Origin: Phoronis australis | Lineage: Eukaryota; Animalia; Phoronida | Reading direction: 5' to 3' | Length of the DNA: 64,000 nucleotides | Assembly: GCA_002633005.1 (NCBI GenBank) | Contig: NMRA01000113.1 | Location: 562,747-626,746, forward strand | Part shown: positions 22,701 to 37,771 of the stretch, piece after piece | Numbering within the stretch: the stretch's first letter is position 1 | Layout: each line of letters begins with the position of its first letter | The notes under the pieces: generated by a model | The model's database searches: none | Told to the model about the DNA's origin: nothing | What the model saw: only the letters and a program-made list of their open reading frames with translations | Position numbers and translations under genes: made by a program

Positions 22701-25700
22701 TTAGAGTGGATACTTCTGTCACCTCGGATTCCTTTTATGAAGATGTATGCTGCTCCAAGGGGTAATCAGAAGAAAATCAGAGGAAATGTAGTAAACGTTC
22801 CAGGAAATGTTTGTAATACTATTAAAAATGTACTTCCAAGAGCTCCTGATGATACTATGACAATTGCAGCTAATATGAAAAGACAACTGACATACAAGCA
22901 TGTTGAAATGACTGAAAATATACCCCATAATAAGATTGTTGAAATGGCTGGAAAAGAATATGGGAATTGTATACATGAGAAGGCATTGTGTTTAATGTAC
23001 ACAGGAGTGATGAAAACAATGAAACACACCTCAGCAAGTTCCAAAACTGGCCTCAGCTATTTAAGCAAGGACAACTTAGAGAAATGGTGAACAAACATAA
23101 AACACAATGAAAAAATGGAAAAACGAAACTACAAGTGGCTGACAGACCGAATAAATAAAGCAATAACAGAGGAGAGCATGGAGATATCGGAGGAGGTTCA
23201 CCAATGTCTCAAAACGATACTCTCTGAAAATGAGGCACAGCTAACAGACAAAATTGAGAAAGACTCTGTGCAAATGCTGTTGTGGAAGGAACAGAAAAAA
23301 ATGTTGATCTGCAAAACAGCAAGAACATGAAATAGCATCCTATGATGCTAAAGTGGTGCCTACAGTTAAAAAATCTCTCAAAGGTAGCATATGACTTAAT
23401 AAAAAATTCAGGCTTTCTATTTTTGCTATCCACAACAACATTGTTCAATTATGTGCTCCACATGTCATTGGACACTGGAGTGAAAGATGCGAAATTTTTG
23501 TCCTAGCAATTAAAGAGCATTAACTTTGACTTTTTGCCTGAGCACACACGAAATGTTGTGCTGATCTTTGATGAAATGAAAATAAAGGCAGACCTAGTGT
23601 ATTCAAAGGCCACAGGAAAAGTGATTGGTCAGTGCAACACAGGCTTAATTAATGAACAGTTGACTGCGTTTGCTGCTAACATTGAGAGCGGTGAGGTCTT
23701 GCCTCAGCTTGCTACAAGCGTGTTGCTATTCATGGCACAGGGTACAATAGACTGATTCGTACTGTTTTTCCATGGCCCACTATCCATGTGTTGGTTTTAA
23801 CTCAGACCAACTTTATCCTGTTGTGTGGGAATGTGTGCGTGGTGTGGAAACCATTAGTTTAAAGGTTAGAGCTACAGTTTCTGATGGAGCTACAACAAAC
23901 CGGCATTTTTATCACATGCACAAGTTACCAACAGATGCACAGAATGCTGTTGTTTATAGAACTGTCGTAATATATGAGTATTAGATACATTTGGTAACGA
24001 GAGGATAAAGCAAAATTATGAACCGGGCAAAGTATTTTATGAAAATGCAGACTTGCATCACCCGTTTGAAGTGTCTGGTTTGTTGGGACTGACACAATGT
24101 CTCATGCATTGCCCCCTTCCCTGTACCTATCCTCCAAACTGTGTGTTGAATTGTGATAAAGGGTGATTAGTGGGTTCCTATTGTGGAGAGCATTGTTGAC
24201 TTGCTTTTCAGTCTTGGAGACTGTTTTAAGTTTACAAGCATTGTTCCTTTTATTGGGAATTTTTAAAATAATGATCATACCTTATGTCCTTGCTCTATGC
24301 GATGCACACGGCGTTGCTCTTGTTTTATTAACCGGCATATCATACTGACCAACAAATTCACTTCAGGCACAATGTCCCACCAATCAACAACACCATTTTG
24401 ACATAATGCCTTAAAAAGTTTTTTTGTCATTTTTTGTACAACCATTGTCACTGTCATATTAAATGTTGAGTAAAAATAATAAAAAAATATTGTTAAAAGC
24501 CTCATTTCATTACCTTGCAGAAAATAAATACTTTGTAGTACTTTATACCACGTTCTGATGATTCTATTAAATGATTTAGTGACATCACCCTCGTCTATTG
24601 GAATTTGACATAATTAATTTGGACACTAAAGGGTTAAGCAGGCTCTGGTATAAAAATACCCTATTGTTAAGTATTAGAGTAGATAAGCCAGTGGAGCGTG
24701 AGACCCGTGAGCCCCAGTCAACTCCTCACAATAATTCCTTGTTATGAATGCAATATACCCACACAAGGCATAGGATCAAGCCCCAATCAGAGTCTCACAT
24801 CTCACTAAGGAGACCATTGCTCCATGGTGAACACGCTGCCTATCAACCAGAGACTGTTGACAGTGTCACGAATAATTAGCCCGTGGTAAACAGCGTAACA
24901 AGGTTTATATGATCGTTCATAAGCCAAAATGGTACAAGAATGACGATTCTGTACAATTAGCTTCAGTGCATGAAACACTGATAATCCATATAAATAACAT
25001 TGGTGTTGTAGGTCCATACCCCATATTATTGACTGTGCTAATACATGATGGCTGACAAGTTAGGAGAACTATGCCGTTTTAAAAGAGTAAATATTCATTC
25101 ACGAAGACCCATCACCATGGTGAGGAGTTCACCGTAACATTCATCAAGATATCATAGATGACATTTCGATCAAGCGCGATGTTACATCTGATTCAGACAA
25201 AAAAGAGGCGATTGAGGGAGTTCAAAGAAACATCACAAAGTCTCCATCTTCATCTACAAAGGAAGGCAAAGATAGAAAGAAATGACCCAAGGCCAAGATT
25301 TTCATCGTTCGGGAAAAGACTCTTACCTATTTTACCTATTCTATATTTTTTCACTTCACTTCTACCAATATTTCATGACATTAAGACATACTTTCAACAA
25401 TTATAATCAAAATCCACGAATTACACAATAAACAGAAAGACATAATGACAGATTATTTAGGGTGTTATTACATCAGAAATACTGGTTGGTGCCAAATCAG
25501 CTTAAATTGATTTGAATAATGTAGTAAGTCATAAGACGAGCTCAGCTTGTTTTTATGATGAAGTTGTAAAGAAATGTCTTGCAGCAAGAAGAAAAGAAAA
25601 GTATTTGAAGAAAGAGTTTCAAGAATTACCAAGAAAGGCTTTTGTAGCCTGGAGAACCACTCTTCAAAGGAATATGCTGCTCAACACCTGAATTGTTTCA

Positions 25701-28700
25701 GTTGCTTAGATCTGAGCTCGTTCAACCTGGTGCAACTCCTGAAACTAGGTAAAATCTGAATGAAGAACTCCTGTGTGTCAAACAGTGCACTTGAATTGAG
25801 AATTTGCAGTTATCTAGTAGATGACAACTGAGAGAGATGACACCTGGCAGGGAAGGGTAAACCATAAGAAATATACTGTGCTGACAAGGCTTACAAAATG
25901 TGGAGTGAGTATCTTTCATGTCAAATGCGGTTTTACAGCAATGACTGACATAGTTGACAAATTTAACACGTCAATTGGTGCAGAAATATTCTCTGCATAT
26001 CAGACCATCAAATATTCTTCAAAAGCAGAAAAAAATCTGCTGTTGATTACTTTGTGAAGAGAGAGACCACACAAGATCATATTGATGCAAAACTTGTCAG
26101 AAATATACGAATGAGTGCTCGGAGAAGAAATCAAGAGACAACAGCAAAAGCACACAGCATATAGAAAAGGAGCTGCAAGATCTTGGTATTGTGATGAAAG
26201 TGCACCTGACTAAAAGGCACAAAGTGGAGAGGTAGAAAGTGCTACTTATTGTGAAAATCCCAAATTGTGGATGTAAAAATGTGAGCACGTGAAAAAGATG
26301 AGGGAGTAAGAGTGAGCAACTACTTGTGAAATTTATGCTGCATCGAATGCCCATTAAATTCCTGTCTGTACGTCTTCTCAATACCATCTGACAGGTGGCC
26401 AATATTCTGACCTAATGAAAAGATTGAGCCAGTGGACATTTCCATGACTCATCACACTCTTTGCCACACAAATGGCAAGTACTTTAATAAGGCTGTGTTC
26501 ATTTCAACATGATCTAGTTTATCACCTCTAAAGCTCATGTTATAAGTATTGTTATAGTAGTTTTTAAGTATAAAGCTACCATAGCTGTTGTAAATGTATA
26601 CATACTTTCAGGTACTAATCCTCAATTTAAGTTGTATTGGTGAAAGTGGGCTCATCGCTACAGAGTTGGAGACCAGTTGGAGAAAATGTTGGAGAGAATG
26701 ATTGAAAACGCAAATGTGGCGACCATTTTGTGGTGGAATTGAATGCAATCAGAGAAGGCTTAACAAAACTGGGAGCAGCAGAAGCTAAATCCACAGAAAC
26801 ACACCCCACTTGAAATCAATGGTCATGCTGCAAGGCCGAGGTTTCACATAATAACTCTTTGTGAACAGGTTTATCTATATGTCTGCGGGAGTACAGTTGA
26901 GCTCGAAACCAATCATAAGAGGCTTGAATTTATATATTCTGGAGCTGGTCGAAAAGGACAGCAGGAATTGAACAGTTTGACAACATGAACCAAACCTTTT
27001 GTCCATTTCTAACACAGCCCATCATAATCTGTTGACCTGGCTGTCTTCAGACTTGTCAGCTAGTCCTGAGGCTATGTAAAACCTCTCAAATCAGCGTATA
27101 CACTTGGTCCACGACTATGGATCACTGAAGTTCACTGGATTAAGTGCCTGAACCTGACATGTAGTCATTGACTGTATACTGTTTGTACAGTGTTGTGATA
27201 TGGAAACGTGAGAGCGAGAGAACAAGATAAAATTACTATACACCTGCTGACTACTATGCTGTAGCACACCAAATTAACACTACAGGTAACCCCTGAATTG
27301 GCTAGACACTCAGTGCAAGTTAAACTTCAGGCCAGTGCTATTAGATCACAGTGCAGAAGTTAAGAGAGTTGTGCCATCATGACGTTAGCCCCAGATTAAA
27401 CTTACTAACTCACAACCAGCAGACTGCACCTTTTGCGACACTTTTCACGAGTGTGGAAAATGCAAAGCTGAAATGAGCACTGCTTGAAGTGTAAACGAAA
27501 AGTACACTATTCATGTGTCTGCACACCTTGTGAAAATTTTCTAAGAAAGTGAAAGAAGTCGACCATGGCACCGAGCCTCTTAACAGTGAATTGTTTTGGG
27601 AGCAGACATACAGAGTGAGCGTAGGTGAAGGTAAAGTGGCGTAACACAGGCATTGGTGTAATGATTATTTCAAAGTCAGAATACAGTAGGCCCACTTAAT
27701 GTCACCCCTGATAATAGAATATCCCAGTTACTGTTATGAAATGTCAAAAAACAAATCATTTCTCGTTCATTGAACCCATGTAAAATGATCTGCAAAATGA
27801 CATGATTGTCATATTCTCAAATATTGCAATTGAAATCAGCATTCATTATTACACGTACCTTCATTTTTGTATATGAAAATCAACCCAATTCATCTTTTAA
27901 TTCATTTGCATTATCAGAGCCTCTCAAGGAGGGGGGAATCAGGTTGTCATGCTTGTGTATTGAGAGAGGCTACTGCCTATTAGCAGTGCTAGTTAATAGA
28001 ATTCAGATGCCCATTCAGTTGGACGAGTAGATGTCCACGCGAGTTACTTGAGTAAAAACTTTGTGGTTTAGGCAGTGGAGTAAGGGAGTTTAAGACACGT
28101 CACTGTCATTTTTTATAGGAATATACAATTAGACTTCTTTCCTGGCTTATTCATTTGGCAATCCCTTACTTTGAATCCATAACACTGACAACAGGAGATT
28201 CAGTAGCAAATGATGCCACTCTGACATGAACCTCCCAATGATGCATACAACTACAAATTTTTACTGTTAAGGTAACCATCATTAAAACCAGCGACAACTT
28301 ATCGATAGAAATCTTGTAGTGGCTGCTCTACACAATTTTTCAGTTGTACCAAGTCACAAGTTGCTACTCTTCAAGGAACAACACACCTGTACAAACTGGA
28401 CTTGCCATATCAACACAGAATGGTGACAAACTGGACTCAGTTTGTCACCGCATAGTGTATAGCCAACATATATACATGGCAAGTACGCCATCTCTGTTGC
28501 AAAGAAAATTGCACATTATGTGTGACATGATTCAAGCAATTCATGTTACATGATTTCACTAGATAAAGATAACACTCCACACATACATTATCCTGTACAC
28601 CATATTGCTTCCATGCTGTCATCACTTCCAACCCTACCATGCAAAAGCAACATAATATTTAGACAGTCCTATTGAAAACTTGCCACAGGTTGCTAAATGT

Positions 28701-28733
28701 GAAGTGACTGAACAAACCCAGAATCTTCTAGTT

Positions 28734-31700
28734 TCAACTGTTTGTCAGCAAACTTAGGCTCTGGCTTATCTTCGTCATGTTGTGTTTCACAGCATTTTGC
28801 AGGAAGGTAATCCAGCTGGAGTCCTCTTCTGTATAAAAGTGCGCTGATCTAAAAGTGATAAACGCAGAACCAACTGTAGTATTTAGAACATAAATTCAGA
28901 CTCTTCAAACACACAAAATCATCACTGTTATCGCAAATGTCTGAAAGACTCAATCCATGACACATAAAAAGTATAATACACAAACTGTTATGCCTAGATT
29001 ACATACAAATTAGACACATCCCTTGAAATGAAACAGAACATAGCAGAAAAGACATTGCCGTCTTTCATTTGTGCTAAACTATAATAGTTCTGCTCACAAA
29101 GTCCACACTTGTTCTGCTCCCATGATGAATTTCGTTCAACAAGGCAAGTTTAAATATTGTTATCACACAGCCTCATCAAGACACATAGTGCAACATAGTA
29201 TAGCATAAACTTCTAAATTAGAATTATTTAATGTTCAAGAAGACAGTAAATCAACTCACTTGAAATTTTCAAGAAGGGATTCCAGTATATTTGAAATGCT
29301 CTCAGCCTGAAATACACACGACACATACTGCACAAATAAATTTTTCTTCAAAAAATCCAAAACATTTCTATGCTTGCACTTTACTATAAATGTTGTCCAA
29401 TATGTTATTATATTAAAGAATTAACAATTAACTTAATAACTACCATTAAATTTAATGTCAACTCATTGAGGAAATCTCAAAAGTAACAAAAAACATGAGA
29501 TTTGTTTATCATGTATTGTTTACACAAGCCCGATATTTGGCCTACTTTATAAAACTTTTGTCAAAATTTTTTAACTGCAGCATAAGTGTACTCAGTAAAT
29601 TTAAATGTTACAATAACACACAAATCTTTTGAACAATTTCTTTAGTAAGACCCATGTTTAAATTTGTGCACCTCCAAACACCCCTGACATCAGAGTGAGC
29701 ACTAACTTACATTGACTTTCACATCACTGGAGTTCACTGGTGGGTACAGTCCAGCTACAAAATGGTCTACAGCAGGACTCACACTCTCTGTACGCTCTAT
29801 AAAGTCATCATACTGCTCAATACATGCATCAGTTACTGTAAGACCGTTCACCTTAATGCCGCCTCTAACCTGTAAGGATACGTTTGTTACTGAGAAAAGA
29901 CCATCACAATGAATTCTCTTAACCCCAAACAGTTTCATTTAATTTTTGTTAACAACTTCAAAGTCTTTATATCAAAGTATAGCACAGGTTTACGTGAGGA
30001 GCATGGCAGTGAAAGTGCTCGTATATATTAAACAGGAAGCTTCACAACGTCAAAGTTAAGAAATTGATGAGGTGTATGACAAGGATCAGTTCTAAACTGT
30101 TTATAACACTAAAAAATTATGCAATCAAATTTACAAGATGACTACCCTTTGCCTTTGCGAAATTTTCAATTTACTGTTGGTAATCAATTGAGCATAAGAC
30201 TGAGTCACTTCTCAGAATCATGACGTGCCATAAAGAACTATAAATGTCTATGTCCAGAAGGTATTCTTTCTTCAAAAAATCAGAGTCCCATTTTCACACT
30301 GCAATATTTCTTGGAAATATAAAGTGAATAACCCATCAATTAAAGAAACTGTTCCAAACACTTAAGGTACCTGGAGGTGAAAATGTATAGGATTCGCGTG
30401 TCCACTGGTTCAAATTTATCAAATGATTAATGAAAATTTTGATCCAATACCAATTCTTCATTTTTCTTCCATTTCAAATATAACATATTTTTACATTACA
30501 GATTAGTTGCTAACAAACAAGTCACTTTCTGTTTTGAATTGTGTATTTTAGAGGAAAACAAAATGAATTTCTAAAACAATATGCATGTTTTGCATAGTCT
30601 GTAAGACTTTCAAAGAAATAGAGAAATGCAGATCCCAACTACCTTTTTTATAGAAGACTTGACCACTTTTACAAGGCCTAAGCACGACGTTACTAAATTT
30701 CTCTCAGCATCACTCCATGCATCTTCATTACAACTGTCTTCGTCATCAAAACAAGAACCTTCACTTGATAGACCCTGAAAAGCGAGGAATGGGCCTGTAA
30801 TTACCAACAGAACAGGACAATTGTTTGTAATGACTTGAAACAAATGAGTATTGTACAACACAAAGTGAATAATACACACATATGTAATGTACAACCAACG
30901 GTTATTTTTTTAGTTTGAATGGAAAAAATTAAATACTTCATTTAATTCTTCTATGACATCTTTGATCAAACCCTCTGTGTCCTTCATTACTGCCAGGGTG
31001 AGAAGTTTGCTATCTGAAAAATAAATAAAATGTAATTTGAGGTACGATCATCAAACTTAGTTAAATGACTGTGGGTTGCAATGGGAACGAAACTGAGACA
31101 GTTACAGTGAAGGTAGTGCTAGGTACAATCACTCCACTTGGCTGTGAAATGAACAACACCAACAACTGTCTAATGTGAGCTCATAATTTTCTCGTGATAG
31201 CTTCATGTCCAATCAAATTAAGCCTAAATGACAATACATACATTTACATATGCATAGCAAAATTAAGAAGAATGTCGAATAATTAAGGTTGTGTAGGACC
31301 CTCGAAAAATGTCCAAATTTGGAAAACTTGGGAACATCATATCTCAGAAATGGCTGATTCATATGTAACTCTCAGATCGCAAGCTTCATACACTGTCCAG
31401 TAAAAAATGTTTGGAATTGTTTTTTAATGTTCATTAAACTTTTGCATGGCATGCTGTCAAAAAATAAGACTTTTACGATTTCTGTGAAAAAATCAGGTTA
31501 CATATAACAAAAACGAAGTCACAATTTAGAAAACTGTAACAGTGATCTGTCATCTTGAACAAGTTTATCACACAAAATTTGCTCACATTATTGATACCGT
31601 TCCTTTACTTAGGATGAAACTTTTACTAAAATGACATGGTCACATGACACAGTTAATAGGAGGCTTTCTATTTTCAGGAAATATGCACCTGTACTGAGTT

Positions 31701-34700
31701 TTAAAAAATCTATACTTTTTAGATATTTGACAAACACCCACTCTAGTCAATAAGGTCCTACATAACATTAAATCAATTTTAGCACCAAAGGAAATGAAGA
31801 AGAAAGATAGCATACCTTTTGGCATATCTTTGATTGAATCACAACAATACCACACATTTCCTGTAGCTTGTTTTTGCATTTCTGGACTGGAAACAAAAAT
31901 AATAAATTTGAAAAATGCAGCTGCACTTGAGTTCACTTTCATTTCAACCATGGTACACAATTAACACATATATTACACTTCAATAAAGTAAGTGTTGTGA
32001 GGAAAGACACTTGACAAAATAGACTGAAAAAAAACAGATAAAGACACAGAAGAAGGGTGAGACAACACCCCAGACACCAATGACGATGAAGAAGATAACC
32101 TTAAAGACCACGGCATTGCTAATAACCTAAGCAGTGACCATCATCACAAAATGTTTACGACAGAGTTTATCAAGTAACAAAGGCTTGCATAACACTACCA
32201 ATCAACCAATGATCAGTCAATACAACAATCAATGTACCGAGAAATGGATCACGCACTTCTCATAGCTCTCTTATCTATTCACATTGCAAGTTTCAGTGAG
32301 ATCTGTCAAAGGATGATGGAACTACGGCCCCATAAAATCCCGAGTAACTCAACAACTGTAAGTTGTGAAAAATATAACATGTTCTTTTCTAGTTCAAGAC
32401 AAAAACTCTCTAGATATCAAATTTTAGAAGAATATCTCAAAGGATTGCGGAGCTACAGCTTTGCAAACCGATTGACGAAAGAGGTTCATGGTCATAGATT
32501 GATTGCAGTTAAGTCTGACAGGCTGGGTAGCCGTCACTGACTCCTAAGTTCTGTTCCTCTAACATTATTCTGAGGGCAACAGAATCTTTTTGTTGGCAAA
32601 ATTTGCTATTCTAAAGGACTATTTACCTGAACCAATTTACCAGAACCAATTGTTTTGACCTTACATACATCATGCTACTCAACAACAATCGCTGGAAATG
32701 GTTGATGGTCAAACTAGGCTTAGACACTGCTTCAAGGTGATGGTCTCCTACATACTACGTCATCAATAACAAAATGAAGGTGCTCTAGATCCTAGTGCTG
32801 ATTTTAATTTTGTAAGTAGTGTCCAGTACTGTGTAAACCAGATTTAATTAGAATACAATGAACTTTTCCTGGATGTTGAAAAACCTTACCTTTGTTGATG
32901 ATTTTGATTGGTCCAAAAAATTTCAATTGCTGTATGTTTTAACAATAGATTGATTTCATATTTAAGGTATTTCCATTACAAAATCGTACCTTGTATTATA
33001 AAAACAAATGTCTTTTTAATGTTCAAGAGAATAACATAATGTACATTTTGCTCTGAGTATAGAGACTATATTACATTTATTTGTGGAATCCAGATATATA
33101 CGAGAGTCCTGGAGGAATATTTGTGATGATTTCCTTAGGATTGATAATTTGAATGGTCATGACATTTTGTTTGGAAATATCTAATGTAACATCAGTATAA
33201 ATCTTGTAATTTTAATCACAAAAAACGTAATTTATCACTGTAGAATGCAAAACAAAATTTTGTTAAAAGCTGATGTCACTAGAGTTTTGAAAACTTATAA
33301 AAATATATAATTTACTATTAGCAAAATCAGTAGTACATTAGAAAAACACAACGCTGGTAAATTGCAATTATTAGTTTGTTACAAATATTTGAAAAAAAAT
33401 TCCTGTATGGATCAACAACTACATTTTATTATTCCACGCAGAGCCATAACTTGACAGTGCTAACCTGACTCATCATTTATGGATGACGATGGCCAGGACT
33501 GGCCTGAGACACAACCAATAATCACCTTTCAGTTTTGCCACATTCCACTATCTTCTGCAGAAGACTCACAATACCCTCTACCACGCCAACCACCGACAAT
33601 CTCACGCGCTTCCTCAGCTTCACTCCTGTAAATAGGTTTAAAGGGGAAATACAATGGGCCAAATGACATTTGGACATGTTAAATACATGTATTGTTGGTC
33701 AACACAAGCGTGTTATTGCTTCTTTTACTCTTGACATCAACTATCTACATTAATTACCATCAGACGACCCCATCAGGAACCCCATTTAGCGCCGAAAAAA
33801 AAAACTAGGTGCCACTTGTACTAACTGAAGCAAATGACGCCATGTTTGAGACAGCAGACACGCAGGCCTTTGACACTAGAAAACATCACACGGTGACAGG
33901 TGCAGATTTCAAACAGCAGAATTTCAAAATTAAGTCTATTAGAGACTGTGAAATGCTTTAATTCGATACCGTGACACAGATCTTGACACTTGCACTACTT
34001 GCACAGAATATCCGACAGTCACAGTGCCCCATTACCATGGCGTCTTTTAAGTCAGCAGCATGGTCCCCATGGGGGCCACTCAGACTTACTCAAAAGAACA
34101 TTGAAGGGTTATTCACAACTAGACACGAGAAGCGCAGGGCTTTGCTACTAGAAAACTTACTACTTGAAAATTTCAAATTGCAGAATTTCAAAATTGCATC
34201 TATCACAGGCAACATAGTTTAAAGACAGTGATACAGATATGGACACTTGCAGCTGCTTAGAATATCTGATCGAGTGGCATCTTTGAAGTCAGTAGCGAGG
34301 TCGCGGTGGGAGCCACTTATTCAAAATAACATCAAAAGCTTAGTCACAAAGACATTAAATATGGAGCTACACAGTAACAATCAAACAGGTGGGGATCTTG
34401 GTCTCTGTTTTGCCCTGCATCTTTGCCAACTTTGCTTCCAGTGATCAAAATGACGGCCCTTTTATGATTGTGCACTAACAATAAGCATGACAATGTTTAT
34501 AAATACCAATTGAAAACGTTTTGTTCAGTAGGAGCTTTTTTGCTACTACGAATTCAAAATCAATCCTTATTTACTCTACCATTTTGGTGTGTTTGAATGT
34601 GATTGACAGCATATGACACTTTATTTTCTAAATATGAAAAATAGGTCAGCAGGGTCATTTGAAAAGTGATTTTCTTTATTATTTTGCTAAATTTTCTAAT

Positions 34701-37700
34701 TATTTGATCTTTCAGTGCCACAACGATTAAATAGTCAAGAGTTGGAATGGCAAGATCATGGTATGTATTGCTCATGACATGAATTTTTTTCTGAGAAAAA
34801 TTGTGTGGCCTGGATGATCAACCATCTGAAACTTTACCTCAATTTAATTATTTGTAGAGAGTGAACTAATGAACCATCCAGAACATGGCACTCAATTTAA
34901 AATCTTGAAAGTTTAAACCATTTCAATACCATTATCGGTTGGCATTTCCCACGTTGAAAATTGCTCAAAAGTTAGGTCAGCTGAGTTCTAGATTGGGTCA
35001 AGTTATGTTTTTTGATATCATGTCCAATGTTGAAATTGCAAAATCCAGGTTGAAATTCTCCACCCAGCAGTCGTGTGTTTAATAATGGTTGCTAGCACTG
35101 TCGATTCTACATGAATCAACACAAGTGGAAAAGGAAAAATACTAAAATCTTACCTTGCGACTTAGGTAGGCTGTAGAACACTGATACCAATGAGAGAACA
35201 GCTTGCTCCATAGATGAAACCATCTGTTGACAGCCATCGTTTGAGGGAAGGGGTTCTTGGCTGTATGCCAGGCACAACTTTGTAGCCTCTTTGGATATCA
35301 CCTGATACAGTAAATCTAAAGGAGACATACAGTGTTAAAATGATGCACCCAGTATTACTCAGGGACTCTTAATAATATGGACATTTGAGGATGAATTGCG
35401 AGAAACAAGCAAAATCACTTAGCAGGGAGAATATTAACTTAAGATTATGAAGAGTTCCTTATCAATTCTATGCAATCAGCCAAATAACTACTTAATGATA
35501 GATTTCAACACAAGAAATGGAAATATTGCTACAAGCAGAAACACTGTAGAATTAGATTTTGGACTTTATACGAAACTACTAATACAAAAGCGTTAGGCAA
35601 ACAAGTGTTAACATGATACTGATGATATTAACAATATCACCTTAACACCACATATAGTTGCACCAAAAATGCTTATCTTTTCATAAAGCCATTACCCATT
35701 TTATTCCAATATGATTCTAGATCAAAGCTGGCACCTTCTGTTCTTGAGAATTCACCATCTAAAAGTTTGACAGAAAGACTTCAGACATGATATTTCCAAC
35801 ACATAAAACACAGTCATGCTCTGTATAACTGAAACACCCTAACTCAATTCAATAAATAATTCTCAATGGAACTAATATCATACAAAAATAGTGTGCAGTA
35901 CTTCAGTCAAGAGAAACTATCCCAATAATCATTAGCATTAGCAGACATGGCAAATATGCAGATTAATGGTAATGAATGTATGTTAAACTAAACACGTCTT
36001 GACATAAATATGGGTGATGTCAGGGGCGGATCAAGGATTTTGAGTTGGGGGGGGGGGCAGGGCACAGGAATAACCAGAATTTCGGTACATGCATGCGCCT
36101 AGCCTAAAATGAAGTGATGCAGGGGTCCCAATTCACTGCGGACCTTATTACTAAAAAAACGGGGTTTCTTCAAGGCCTATGCATTGTTTAGGGATGTGCG
36201 CAACCGAACAGAGTAGAAATTGGATGTTGTTAACAGAGGTTGTTGCGCTAAGAAAAATTGTCAAGAGGCCGAATGCCAAGTGAAAATGCTGGCTCGGTGC
36301 AGCAGCTACGGCTAACGATACACTCGGTACAAAAATGAGTGTACTTTAACATACAGTAATTCTCCATTTACATGGCACACTCACTTCCTTTCACACACCC
36401 AAATTTATTTGCAAAATGATCATTTATCCTTCACACGAGGCTACTTGCCCTGTCATTAATACTAGACAAGACACATCTTTATAAATGTGGTAATAAGGTC
36501 TGAACATTGTATACTCACTTAACTTCCCACACTGGTCAACTATGAAGTCCGTTTGGTCAGTTTTTAATTTATATGGTGCAAAATATGTTGAAAATTACCG
36601 TATTTATAAAGTTGCACTCGCTTCATTTTTTCCCAAGCAATAACCCTGTAACGCGACTGTGCATTGAAATTTTGGGTTAGTACTTGGACATGCGTCACGG
36701 TTATTGCACGGGCATATCATGACATGTGCTACTGATGACTGAAAAAATTTCAAGGAGCTTTCATGTCCCTGAGTGAGAGGTTGATGGGCAACTTTTTCAT
36801 AGGTTAGAAGAACAGAAAGATGGAATTTTCTGCCAACTTAACTTTACAAAGGTTTTAGAGCTTTGTGCTTTTGTAGGACATAATCTTAGGTACATATATT
36901 TCAGCATTCAGAAACCTCAGGTAGAACAAGTAAAAAGGTTCTGGTCAACCATGGTGGGGCTTTTAAAGGCATAGGCCCGAGTCAAGTCCCATAGACTGCG
37001 AGCCATTACTTCGTACTCGTGGCGAAAAATTTTCATTTATGGAATGGAAACATTTAATTCAATCCCCACAATTAACTCTCTAATCTCGCAGACCAATCAT
37101 TTTGCTGGGACAGGCCAATCCAGTCACACAACACCAATAAGCTCCCAAGCACTATACTCACAAGACACTCACATGAGTTTACGAGCTCTTACTTTCTAGC
37201 ACAACAAACTATGTCTATATATACGGAATGCTCCCGCTGTGCTTTACCCATGTACAGGGTTGGTATGGTAGACGATGCCACAGCAGCTGTAGATCAATGT
37301 TAGAACACACATATGACAATATGAAATTGTGCACGCAGTACTCCCTTCTTTACTTGTACGGTGTATACTAGTGTTAGTATACTAACTAGCATCATTGCCA
37401 TCAGTGTTCTAACAGATGAAATAAGCTCACAGCATGGGCATCGCCACAGAACCAACAGCATGGGCGACGCACCATAGGGGGATGGGGAGGGGGTTATAGC
37501 AACCACTTTTTTTCAGTGCTCCGCCGTGCATTGTCTATGGCCGGTGCACCACAGGGGAGCTGTAGCCTCCCCACTTTTTTCAGCGCTACGCCGCCCATGA
37601 ACAGGGTACAGTAACACTGTTGATCAAGGGAACACTATCTCTACTAAAAATGTCCTATCTTTCTATAAAGCTTGTTCTTCACCACTTCGCTTGTATACCT

Positions 37701-37771
37701 TTTATCTGATTCAAAACAAGCTCAAGGTTGTCGATCAAATTAAGAATCGGATTTGGAACAGAGGACGCCAT
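28734..37771 (-). CDS. CCNDBP1: Cyclin-D1-binding protein 1 (GCIP) homolog, 10 exons, 332 aa
   Basis: Exons 37699-37771, 35696-35758, 35154-35315, 33526-33625, 31816-31886, 30937-31013, 30643-30774, 29711-29869, 29260-29306, 28734-28848. All GT-AG, 999 nt in frame. Motifs ISKEATKLCLAYSQEPLPS, TGNVWYCC, LIKDVIEEL, SPAVDHFVAGLYPP, WITFLQNAVKHN. Confidence 0.92.
37459..37599. mobile_element. MITE (internal dimer) with 5-bp TSD in CCNDBP1 intron 1
   Basis: CATGGGCGACG...CGCCGCCCATG, flanked by AACAG on both sides. Confidence 0.8.

Larger units (their letters stand above)
15093..24055. repeat. Tandem segmental duplication: ~4.7 kb unit (15093-19779) and truncated second copy (19780-24055)
   Basis: Colinear near-identical sequence, e.g. 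ORFs 18550/23115 and 18968/23534; small indels between copies. Confidence 0.97.

Noticed and set aside
33800-34330. ~250-bp degenerate duplication in CCNDBP1 intron 3
   Set aside because: Ordinary old intronic repeat with no coding or splice signal seen.
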